Part shown: positions 1 to 10,650 of the stretch, in pieces | How the letters are laid out: the number at the start of each line of letters is the position of its first letter | How positions within the stretch are numbered: the first letter of the stretch is position 1 | Assembly: GCF_006345805.1 (NCBI RefSeq) | Contig: NC_043024.1 | Coordinates: 4,898,001 to 4,962,000, forward strand | Length of the DNA: 64,000 nucleotides | From: Octopus sinensis | Lineage: Eukaryota | Direction of reading: 5' to 3' | The notes under the pieces: model-generated | Databases searched by the model: none | Told to the model about the DNA's origin: nothing | The model's input: only the letters and a program-made list of their open reading frames with translations | Position numbers and translations under genes: made by a program

Positions 1-50
1 GAGACAGCCATGATACATACAACTTTCACCAGCTTATCTTTCTCTAGCAA

Positions 51-430
51 AGGCACAGGAGTGGCTGTGTGGTAAGTAGCTTGCTTACTAACCACATGGT
101 TTCTGGGTTCAGTCCCACTGCGTGGAATCTTGGGCAAGCGTCTTCTTCTATAGCCCCGTGCCGACCAAAGCCTTGTGAGTGGATTTGGTAGACGGAAACA
201 GAAGGAAGCCTGTCGTATATATGAATATATATATATATATATATATGTGTGTGTTTGTCCCGCTAGCATTGCATGCTGGTGTGTTTACGTCCCTGGCACT
301 TAGCGGTTCGGCAAAAGAGACCGATAGAATAAGTACTGGGCTTACAAAGAATAAGTCCCGGAGTCGATTTGCTCGACTAAAGGCGGTGCTCCAGCATGGC
401 CGCAGTCAAATGACTGAAACAAGTAAAAGA
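51..430 (+). mobile_element. tRNA-derived SINE (head 51-225, body/3' part 262-430), split by a (TA)n tract
   Basis: The head GGAGTGGCTGTGTGGTAAG...GGGTTCAGTCCCACTG has A/B-box-like motifs. The same head and body recur at 14090-14460(-), 53100-53290(-), 56230-56450, 57335-57450, 57730-57880 and 63230-63375. Confidence 0.8.
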
Positions 431-787
431 ATAAAAGAGTATATATATATAAATATAATATATATATATATATAGATATATAAATATATATATAATTATA
501 ATATATATATATGTGAATTATTAAAAATTTCCATATGTGCAGCCAAACAGAAAAGATTCGGCAGGATTGGTAATAATGACAATAATAATAATTTATGAGA
601 CAGAATTATCAAAGAAACATCTTTCACAAAATCCAAAATCTACCAAAGTAGAGCCGAAATTCTTTAAAGAGTGGAGTTAGCTCCCGTTGTTCATTGTAAA
701 AACTTCTCATTAAGTGTATTTCTTGTTTCTCACGCACCTTTATTGTTTGATCAGTTCCACTTGACAACTGATATTTAAGAGGAGAAC

Positions 788-813
788 CCAATCAAATATA
801 TACAAATGATTGG
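788..813 (+). promoter_or_regulatory. Paired inverted CCAAT boxes (CCAATCA-N12-TGATTGG), putative ZNF promoter
   Basis: The motif lies ~100 bp upstream of the putative exon 1. It is conserved in reverse at 21483-21508 and 39369-39394. Confidence 0.55.
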
Positions 814-894
814 TAATTAACTGTCTAAACAAACAGATACAGCCTTTACGATTATGTGGACCTGAAAAATATTAATTAACGTTTGTTGTAGAAA

Positions 895-985
895 TCTAGA
901 AATTCTCTTGAAGCTGTCGTTGTCCACTCAGACTCCAGTTCTCACATCTTCCTCCTTCACTCTTTCTCTCCATATCTATTACTAT
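895..985 (+). other. Putative non-coding exon 1 of ZNF unit 1 (intron 986-2639, exon 2 from 2640)
   Basis: A pyrimidine-rich block ends in the donor GTAAGT at 986, and the acceptor TTTTTCTATTCTTTCAG ends at 2639. Both are conserved in unit 2 (donor 21310, acceptor 18851) and unit 3 (donor 39196, acceptor 35745); unit 4 keeps the acceptor (48258). The 5' boundary is approximate. Confidence 0.6.
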
Positions 986-1619
986 GTAAGTATTTATTTA
1001 AACATTTCTATTATATATGTGTCGTATTATGTACATTTATTTGTTTCGATGTGCTGAGAAAGTTAAAAGGAAAAAAAATCTCACTAAGACGAAATTATAC
1101 GAAAGGCTGTAATTTTAATACTTTCATTGTGTTGTCGTTTTCTTTTAGACATTTCATTGCACTTTTGGTTATTTTCTAAATTATTTGTAAAAACGTCGGA
1201 TCAATCCCTTGTTTAGATAACATTTATCTTTCTTTCTAACGTGTAAATTCGACGATTTCGTTAAATGCGGGAGAATTACGATGCAATTAGTGAGAAATGG
1301 GGAACGTGTAAAAGTACGAGTGTGCACTTGAAATACTGAAACGAAAAGCAAATATCGTATCGAGAGGAAATGGAACGGCTTTTATTTGAAACATAGGAAG
1401 TCTTTATTTCTGGTGGTTTTTCTACATCATTAAAAGTTAGAATTAATCTGTTTTTCTAATTTATTTAATTTTTGTGTGTGTGGAGTGTTGCTTTAAGCAC
1501 CTAATATAATCCCTCGTCACATTTTTATTTGGGGGAATTTTCAGAAATTTTTGCGTACGAGAATTCGTTCGGTCATGCAACCAAAAAAAGAAAACAATCA
1601 ACTGTGATTTATGAGCTAT

Positions 1620-1850
1620 TTAGCTGTTATTTTTCGCACATCTCACGACCAGTATGGTAATAATTCTCTGCTTAAGTTCCTCTGGGCTTGCAGGAAGAGG
1701 GGAGACATAGACTAGGCCCTCCCTGAGAAAGAAATGGCAAGGTGTCAGCTCAGGTGAACGTAGCGGCCATTTCAACATCACGTGGCCTTCTTCAGGACGC
1801 GCCAAACTCTTTGGAGGAATCTGGCTTTCATTCTCCACATCAACCAATTA
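1620..1850 (-). mobile_element. Tc1/mariner transposase C-terminal fragment in the ZNF intron
   Basis: KWPLRSPELTPCHFFL matches the WPPRSPDLTPxDFFLW motif. A paralogous copy is at 38338-38565(+). Confidence 0.7.
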
Positions 1851-2010
1851 TTTTTCCTACATTAAAATTTCCCCACTAAGGATTTTGATGCTGTAAGTGA
1901 GACATCAATATTATTTACTGACATTTATTCATCTTTTATTCTCAACAAAATATTAACGTTGAGCTAACCGTATATATATGTATATATATATATATATGTA
2001 TTTGTATATA

Positions 2011-2310
2011 TGGCTCCCATGCAGGTGGCATGTAAAAAGTACCATTCGAGCATGATTGATGCTAGTGATGCCTGACTTGCACCCATGCCGGTGGTACATA
2101 CAAAGCTCCTTTCAAGCATGGTCGATGCCAATGCTACCTGACTGGCTCCGTGGCACATAAAAGGCAACCGCGACACTCTAAAACAGCATCCAGCTGTAGA
2201 AATCTTGCCTGATAGGATTGAAACCTTGTTCAGCCTCATGGCTTGCCAGTCCTCAGTCAAACCTCACAACCCATGCCAGCGTGGAAGGCAGACGTTAAAC
2301 GATGATGATG
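2011..2310 (+). mobile_element. SINE 3' portion with (GAT)n tail in the unit 1 intron
   Basis: Ends in GACGTTAAACGATGATGATGA. The family recurs at 16487-16625, 19790-19900, 36020-36380(-), 37841-38165, 51495-51770 and 63706-64000(-). Confidence 0.75.
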
Positions 2311-3068
2311 AAGGTAGAGAAAGAGCGATGTCTGTTTTAGCAAACAAAGATACAAGACTGCAATGAAAACATCAGAAATCTAGTGTCATTTATATGTATA
2401 TCGGTGTGTGTGGAAGTGTATCTATGACAGACTTTATATTCCAGGAGTTGGTATTATAATAGATGTGTCTACTCTATGATATAAACATTTTGGTAATGCA
2501 GAAATTGGATAAATTTCATAGTTCAGTTAAAGAATTACTTCTACAATTTATGATAACAGAAATTTCGTAAATTTGCACTTTTGAATATCTGCCTTTTAAA
2601 CATACTTGATGTCTTATATTACTTTTTCTATTCTTTCAGAAAATCATATGAAATTGGCTAAAAAGTATTTTTTACTTTTAAAGAATCATCAGTATGTATC
2701 ATGTTTGAAAGACTCTGCAAAGATATTCTACAAACGTAGAATCCTGCTTCTATAAAACATTGCTGAATTACAGTAAAATATTTCCTCAGAGAGAGAAAGC
2801 ATTTCTTTACTTCTGTGTCTGAAATGTGCAAGAGATAATTTTTTTTTTTAAATATACTTTGATAGATTTACAAAGAGTATTTGCGGCAATTTTGAATATT
2901 GGCATTGATCACATTTAGAACAAATATAAAAGAAGTGATATTTGTTTCGAATTAACTATAAAAGTAAAAAGAAGCAAAATATCCATATATTTTGGTGAGA
3001 GAAGAAATATTTTTGAAAAGTTGTTGATCTGTACAACTTGAAGGTTCAGTTTTATTTTTCTTAAAGAG

Positions 3069-3935
3069 ATGTCGGAAGAATTAAGAGAATCATCATATGA
3101 CTGTGACATCTGCAAAGAGTCATTCTTAGAAGAAAGTAAATTCAATCAACACAAACAAATCCATGCAGGGGAACAACAATATCCCTGTGATATCTGTGGT
3201 AAATCATTCCATCATGGCAGGAACTTAACAAAACACAAGCATATTCATACAGGGAAGAAACCATATCACTGTGATATCTGTGGTAAATCATTCTCTCAAA
3301 GCTGTAACTTAACGAAACATAAACGTATTCATACAGGGGAGAAACCACATCACTGTGATATCTGTGGTAAATCATTCTCTCGTTATGATTTCTTAGCTAT
3401 TCACATACGTATTCATACAGCGGACAAACAATACCACTGTGATATCTGTGGTAAATCATTCTATCAAGAAGGTAACTTAACTCAACACAAACGGGTTCAT
3501 ACAGGAGAGAAGCCTTATTCCTGTGATATCTGTGGTAAATCATTCTCTGTTAGCAGTAGCTTAACTGCTCACAAGCGTATTCATACAGGTGAGAAACCAT
3601 ATCACTGTGATATCTGTGGTAAATCATTCTATCAGGGAAGTAACTTAACTACTCACAGACGGGTTCATGGAGGGGACAAACCATATCACTGTGATATCTG
3701 TGGTAAATCATTTTCTCGAGGAGGCAAATTAACTACTCACATACGTGTTCATACAGGTGAGAAACCATATACCTGTACTATCTGTGGAAGATCATTCTCT
3801 GTTCACAGCAGCTTAACTAAACACAAGCGTATTCATACAGGGGACAAACCATACCCCTGTGATATCTGTGGTAAAACGTTCTCTGGAAACAGTCACTTAA
3901 CTATACACAAATGTATTCATACTCAAGAAAAATAA
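3069..3935 (+). CDS. C2H2 zinc-finger protein, 10 tandem fingers, no effector domain (unit 1)
   Basis: Intact 288-aa ORF with 28-aa CxxC-x12-H-x3-H repeats and TGEKPY-type linkers. Confidence 0.93.
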   Translation: MSEELRESSYDCDICKESFLEESKFNQHKQIHAGEQQYPCDICGKSFHHGRNLTKHKHIHTGKKPYHCDICGKSFSQSCNLTKHKRIHTGEKPHHCDICGKSFSRYDFLAIHIRIHTADKQYHCDICGKSFYQEGNLTQHKRVHTGEKPYSCDICGKSFSVSSSLTAHKRIHTGEKPYHCDICGKSFYQGSNLTTHRRVHGGDKPYHCDICGKSFSRGGKLTTHIRVHTGEKPYTCTICGRSFSVHSSLTKHKRIHTGDKPYPCDICGKTFSGNSHLTIHKCIHTQEK

Positions 3936-4370
3936 ATTCACAGTGATATCTGTGGCATATCATTTACACAAAATCATTTCTGATTTAAACAGAAGTCTTT
4001 CCTTATGCAGTGGGTCCATAACACTGATATTTGTTGTATAACATTTCCTCAGAAGGACAAAGGACGTATCTCATAAAGACATCCACAGAATATAGAAACT
4101 ATATGAATGTGACATTTATGGTAAATCTTTGACATGAAATCATCCATTATTGAATCAAAAGAGCATTGACAGAGGAAGGAAAACATATCACTCTGATGTT
4201 AAACCTGAATCATTCTTTCAAAATGGTGAATTAATTATACACAGTCCTGTTAATATGAAGAATATGCCATACCCTAAGATATCTGTTAATGATCAATTAT
4301 AACATAAATGAATTCAAATAGAAGAGGAACCAAATCACTACGATGATGATCATTTAACATTCACTTTTAC
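3936..4370 (+). pseudogene. Degenerate zinc-finger repeats forming the 3' UTR
   Basis: ~84-bp periodic remnants (GTGATATCTGTGG, GAATGTGACATTTATGGTAAATC, GGAAAACATATCACT) carry stops and frameshifts. Homologous copies lie at 6300-6540, 16330-16970, 34200-34620 and 46660-47000. Confidence 0.7.
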
Positions 4371-4661
4371 ATTCTTCTATGGATCAGATTGAATTCATTG
4401 ATACCTTCCCTGTTTCCAAGCAAGGAGATATTTTCCCTGGTGAGACATATTTTACACAGAAGACTGGAAATGAACAACTACACAAGTATGACGGTCATGA
4501 TGGCCATTTATGAACACCACATAATATCTGGACAAGGGTGCACACACACACACACACACTTATGTATGTCTGAAGATTTTCTTATAGGAAATATCTTATA
4601 TGTTTTCTACACATCTAATAGTTTGTAATTCCTATTAGGAAATGAAACACATGTAATGCTG

Positions 4662-4667
4662 AATAAA
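4662..4667 (+). terminator. Putative polyadenylation signal AATAAA of unit 1
   Basis: AATAAA is preceded by TGTA inside a block conserved in the paralogues (6880; reverse at ~16022, ~33813, ~46308). Confidence 0.5.
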
Positions 4668-4762
4668 TAATATCAAACTTTTCTCCACTGTCCTTATGTG
4701 TTATGTAATTACTCTACAAAAAATATCATCCAAACCGCCCACAAAAATAATATATATGTATA

Positions 4763-5236
4763 CCGTAAATCCTTGAGTATAATCTGTATTTTTTTCCTAA
4801 AATTTATCGGTCAAAATCCCTAGTGCATACTATATACGAGGTTAAAAATGAAAATTATTTTCTAAGCAATGTCCGAGTCTCTATTTTGCTGTCCGGCAAT
4901 GTTTATTCAGGTGCAAAAATACCTTAAGCTAAGCCTGAAAGCAATGAAGTCATAAAATAATCATCCATAACTTGCAATAAGCAACATTTATTAAAATAAA
5001 AGTATTCAGAACACAGAATAACATGTAACAAAAACAATTTGCAAACCTATTTACATTCCCATATAACAGTTAAAAACATCACCATTATTGTATTACGCAT
5101 GCGTGGAAGTGTTTGTTTGATTAGGTGCTGCTGGCTTAATTACACACGATTCAAGTTAGAGAAGGGATGTGTATTATACACAAGGTTTAGGTTTAGGTGT
5201 TATACTCAAGTGTGGACTATACTCGAGGATTTACAG
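4763..5236. mobile_element. Non-autonomous Tc1/pogo-type TIR element (MITE)
   Basis: The ends CCGTAAATCCTTGAGTATAATC and GACTATACTCGAGGATTTACAG are imperfect inverted repeats, flanked by TA on both sides. Subterminal repeats are present. Confidence 0.75.
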
Positions 5237-5254
5237 TATATATATATAGTAACC

Positions 5255-5525
5255 AGCTTGTTTATGGTGAAAGTTGGTGTGCATCAGGGATCTGTGTTGT
5301 CACCATTGTTGTTTGCAATAGTGGTTGATGTGGAGAAGGAAAGTGCAAGAAAGAGACTGTAAATGGAGATACTATATGTAGATGACCTTGTTCTGATGAG
5401 AGAGAAGTTTTGGAAATGGAAGGAGGCATTTGAAAGCAAGGGTTTGAAGGTAAACCTTGGGGAGAGAAAGGTGATAGTGAGTGGGGTGGAAGGAGAAGTG
5501 TTGGTGAGTAAGGTGGATCCATGTA
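5255..5525 (+). mobile_element. RTE-type LINE reverse transcriptase fragment
   Basis: VKVGVHQGSVLSPLLFAIVVD and ILYVDDLVL motifs, interrupted by stops. Confidence 0.8.
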
Positions 5526-5899
5526 GAAAGAGAAAATGACGTTTTATAAACACATTCTACTAGTATACGAAGTTTAAAATTTTTTATTTACCTAGAAATT
5601 ATGTTAAAAAATAGCCATTCAAACCAAAACGATCTGATAATTTTAATATTTGAGGGATTCATATAATTTTCCATGCAGAATTTCATCAGTTAATTTGCTT
5701 CTTCCACAGAAAGTTGGGATCTTTTCGGTTTGAACGGCAGTTTTTTAAAATAATTTCTAGGTAACTAAACACTTTTAAACTTCTTTTGCGTCTGACCATG
5801 GTCAGTGCAACATCGATATTCTTCCGTGTGTTTGTGAAAGCTCTGTATCTCTGCCGTAAGGCTTCATTTCCACACACACCAGCTGAATTCAATTACCAA

Positions 5900-6960
5900 T
5901 CACGTGTCTATTTAATTAGATTTTCTCTTAAATATCAGTTGTAAAGTGGAACTGAGCAAGCAATGCATACGGAGCAACAAGATTAGCAAGGATTCACTGT
6001 GAACAAGGGGAACTAAGTCTTGTCTTTATAAGAAATGGGGAATGTATAAAAATACGAGTGTGCACTTGAAATACTGAAACGAAAAGCAAATATCGTAACT
6101 AGAGGAAATGGAACGGCTTTTATTTGAGAAATGGGAAGTCTTTATTTCTGGTGGTTCTTCTGCATCATTAAAATTTAGAATTAATATGTTTTTCTAATTT
6201 ATTTAATTTTTGTGTGTGTGGAGTGCTGCTTTATGCACCTAATATAATCCCTCGTCACATATTTTTATTTGGGGGAATTTTCAGAAATTTTTGCGTTCGA
6301 GAATTTGAAATTATCCATTATTGAATCAAAAGAACATTGACAGAGGAAGGAAAACATATCACTGTGATGTTAATTCTGAATCATTCTTTCAAAATGGTGA
6401 ATTGTTTGTACACAGTCCTATTAATATGAAAGATATAACTGTAACCTAAGCTATTCATGCTAAATCAATCTATGAAAGTGATCAATTATTGAAACGTAAA
6501 TACATTCATACAGAAGAGGAACCACGATGATGATGATCCTCATCATTTAACATTCTCCTATTCATGCTTCTGTGGATCAGATGGAATTCATTGATGGCGA
6601 TTTTCTACATCTGGGTACCTTTCTTGTGACCAATCTTCACCTGTTTCCAAGCAAGGATATATTTGATGCAGAGGACTGGAAGTGAACAACTGCACAAGTA
6701 TGACGGTCATGATGGCCCTTTACGAACATCACATAATATCTGGACGAGGGTACATACACACACACTCACATAAACTATTGTATGTCTGAAGAATTTCTCA
6801 TGGGAAATATATGTTACATGTTTTCTACACATCTAAAAGTTTTTGATTCCTATTAGGAAATGAAACACATGTAATGCTGAATAAATAATACCAAACTTTT
6901 CTCCGGTCTCCTTATGTGATTTGTAATTACCTTGCAAAAAATATTATCCAAACCTCCCAC
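5900..6960 (+). pseudogene. Relic ZNF unit lacking its coding exon
   Basis: 6030-6300 matches intron 1290-1562 and joins directly to a match of the 3' UTR from ~4137. 5900-6020 is an inverted promoter fragment. Confidence 0.7.
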
Positions 6961-8039
6961 AAAAATAATGTACGTGTATATATGTAATCGCAAGCTTGTT
7001 TGTTCAACTGGTGTATTTATGTTAGTTAGAGTAGTGGGGTGAGGGGGAGGGAAAAGTAAAGGAAGGTGGTCTTATAATAATTCTGCTTGTCATTACGATA
7101 CTTAGGTCGTATGTAACACTTTCATGTGATTGGAGAGAAAGGATAAGGCCATGAGTGGGACGGGAAGAGAGAGAAGCGTGCATGACGTGATGGGGGGACA
7201 TATTTAGTGGAAGGTTGAGATATAGAGGAGAGTTAGAAATATAATTCTAGAAGGTGGGTGATGTTCTGATGGAGAGATTAAAGAAAGGTAGAGAGAGACA
7301 GATGATGGTGGTGGTTGTGGTGGTGAATACAGAGTGAAAAGTAATTTTTGTTTTTTTTTTACTTGAACTAAGTTTTTTACAACACCTACAAATTGAAATG
7401 TGTATTGGCTCTCTGACCCATCACCTTGGCTTACAAGTTACCACTGATGTGGTTTTCAGAGTATGCCATGTTACATTAAATTGTGACCCCTATATTCTAA
7501 ATATAAGGTAATTTTTTTAGTATACACTTCTTGTGATTTAGATAAGAAATTGTGCCCATGTAAATTTTAAAATGTAATTTTTTTCTGTTTATGAGAAAAC
7601 TGGAAAAATATAAGCGAATATTTATTTTATGAGTGCTGTGTCTATAAAATTGTGCATAAAGTGTATTAAGTAATTACCGTATTCCAATTTCCTTCAGTTT
7701 TCAGTGAATAACAGATGAGCGACTATCTTTTGATGCAGACACAATACAGGCTACACTTTAGAGTGTTTTGGTTTCAGGAATAACTCAATACATTGCCTCA
7801 CTAGACAGCGAGGCCATGACTAGTGACCGGGACCTTTTGTTTTTGGATAATGGATAAACAGCTAAAAGATTATATAAATATATATTTATAAAATTAAAGA
7901 CTTAAATCTGTACAAGATGCAAAGCAAAAAGACAAGAATTAAATTAAGAATGCATCTGATGAAAGAATATTGGTTTAAAAAACATACGACATAAAAATGA
8001 TAACAATGAAGACTATAAGGAATATGAGGGAGATAGGGT

Positions 8040-8480
8040 GAATCCTTTCTATTTGACAATGGTCGGGCATTGTCTTGTTGGAAGACTAATGCTTTTCTGT
8101 TGGTAATCTCCAGCCACAGTTCTTTGATATATTTTGGTTCAAATTAGCCAGTTGATGACAGAACACATCAGAATTAATGGTCTGGTTTTATGGGAGAAGG
8201 TCATAATAAACAATGCCTTTATGATTCCACCAAACACAAAGCACAGGTGTGTTGCCATGGATATTCATCTTTGGTTGCTTGGGGAATATTTCTGCAAACT
8301 CCAGGATCAGTTTTGCACAACATTAAGCATGCAATCCATTTTTCATCTCCAGTCACAAGTCGTTTCCAAAAAAGGGCATGCTTTCTTTCCATTTCAAAAG
8401 CATATCCCCAACGGAATACTGGTCCCAGCAAATCTTTTCTGAGAGTTTCAAGCACCCATATATTAGAGCAAAGAGTAAGA
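8040..8480 (-). mobile_element. mariner transposase catalytic-domain fragment
   Basis: KRLVTGDEKWI and VFQQDNARP motifs. It is an inverted paralogue of 30800-31210. Confidence 0.8.
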
Positions 8481-9057
8481 TAGAAAGAGGGACAGAGAGA
8501 AGCATACATGATATGTGATAGAGGGGAACATAATATTTATTACATGATTAAAAAAGTTAGTTGAAGTTGATGATATAGAGAAGTTAGCAATATAATTTTA
8601 GCAGAGTGGTGATGTTCTGATGGTGAGATTTGAGGCACAGAGAGAGAGAGATGATGATGGTTGTGGTGGAGGAAATGGTGATGGACAGTGCATAGTTAAA
8701 AGTAATTTGCCTTTTAATTGAACAAAGATTTTATATCACGTATTTGCAGAATCGTATGAATTTCCGTGTAAAAAGTACAAAATCACAATTATTTGATATT
8801 TCACACCCCTTTTTTTACATGAACACAATGACAGCTTCCAAATATTGTTTTCTAAATGGGTAAGAATGATCAAACTTTAAACCACAGTAACTTTAAAAAA
8901 CTTTTTGTGGAAGAAGCAAATTAACTGATGGAATTCAGTACGGAAAATTATAGGGATACCTCAAATACTGAAATTTTCACTACACTTGAACATTTCCACA
9001 AGTGGCCGCAAACGGAAAAGATCTGGTAGGGTTGATGCTGATAACAATAATAGTGAT

Positions 9058-9177
9058 TGTTATGTGTTATTTCGTTCTTATGGGATAGACAACTCAATAC
9101 GAAGCATAGTTATTCTTTTACGTGTTTATTTACTTTTCCATGTTACACGAACTGCGCTACTTACAGCGCCGCGACAC
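9058..9177 (-). mobile_element. Gypsy LTR segment related to the LTRs at 21712 and 25195
   Basis: ~120 bp, TGTTATGTG...GCGACAC, highly similar to 21712-21831 and 25195-25313. No internal region or matching right TSD was found. Confidence 0.8.
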
Positions 9178-9668
9178 CTATATATCTCTTGTGTCGTCCA
9201 CAAATGCATTCACGCAATGAAAACCAAATTGAGTATAATTAAATTAATCACAGCAGTTTTTTGAAAGTTCATGTATATTTTTTTATTCCACGTTGTCGCA
9301 TGAAGAATCTTACTGTTTGCGATAGTAATCTAGGAGCAACACGACCACGTGTACATTAATTATTCTGGTGTGTTCTTTAACTTGACTGTATTTTTTAAAA
9401 CTTATATGTGGATATTTTTACTCACTACCTGTAATTATTTCCAACAATGTTCTATTTAATTTTTTTACGCTTTTTTTTTTTCATTTTTCCTTGCTTTTTG
9501 ATCGCCCTTTTTGTACATTTTCCCGTGTTAATTTTGTGATTATTTTCCCCCCCAATCTGTTAATATTTTATTTCTGTTTGCTGTCTGTGTTACATACTAC
9601 GTTTTTTTTTTTTTTTGATCGCCTCTTTTGCACATTTGCATTTTCCCCCACAGTTGTATTGGGGAAGT

Positions 9669-10515
9669 ATGGCTGTGGCTGCAACTAAATCGTATGGCCT
9701 CATGGATTTGTACAACACGATTAGGACTGAAGTGGATGCGGTAGCTTTCCTTACAGAGAAGGGTATAATACCTCCGAAGAAAAAATGTAGAGTTCAACAT
9801 TTCATGAAACAGAAAGTGGTCGGGGGTTCGCTGGCGCTGCGCACGGAAAGGCTGTGACCAGTCTGTATCTGTTAGGAAAGGTACATGGCTGGAAGGCACC
9901 ACGCTTCCTCTGCGAACTATCCACCTTTTCTTATATTCTTGGGTCAAGAAGCTGACCACAATACGTTATTGTTATGAAGAGCTGGGTGTGAGTCACGGTT
10001 CAGCTGTTGACTACACCAGCTGTGTAAGAGAAGTCTGTGCAGAGGACTTACTCCTCAACCCAGTTCAGATAGGTGGTCCTGGGAAGATTGTCGAGATAGA
10101 CGAGACAGTCTTCTCGAGGAGGAAACGTAGACATGGTGGTCGGCCGCCCCACCAGTGGGTCTATAAAGGAGTGTGTCGCAAGGCCAAGCAAGTTTTTCTC
10201 TATGCAGTAACATGTCGGGATCGTGACACACTCAAAGAATGCATCTGCCATTCGGTTCTCCCCGGAACCACGGTCGTTAGTGATCTGTGGAGATCTTACT
10301 CTCATATTCCGGAGATCGAGGGTTATCAATTTCGCCATAAAGCGTCGAAGCACGGCGCTCAGTCTAAGTCAAAGTCGCCACGGATGGAAGGCCCTTGGGC
10401 CTGTGTTAAGCAGAGTTCTATGATTGACTCTGGTCTCTGTGAAATTATGTGGCGCAGAAGGTACAAAGGTTGCGATCTTTTCGAAAAACTGATAGAGGGG
10501 ATTGCAAGATTTTAA
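9669..10515 (+). mobile_element. Merlin (IS1595/ISXO2-like DDE) transposase, degenerate
   Basis: IGGPGKIVEIDET, QWVYKGVCR and PGTTVVSDLWRSY motifs. The N-terminal part lies in a shifted frame. Confidence 0.85.
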
Positions 10516-10603
10516 AATCTTGATTGTATATATTCTTGGAGGGCGATTTTTTTTTTATATATATATATATATATATATTTTTTTAATATATATAAATATA
10601 TTT

Positions 10604-10635
<32 letters not shown>

Positions 10636-10650
10636 TTTACAAAGCATTTC

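Noticed and set aside
51-130. tRNA-like sequence with A/B boxes
   Set aside because: It is a multi-copy SINE head continuing into the SINE body; no complete cloverleaf or acceptor stem was seen.
5184-5197. TTTAGG telomere-like repeat
   Set aside because: Only two units, and they lie inside a MITE.
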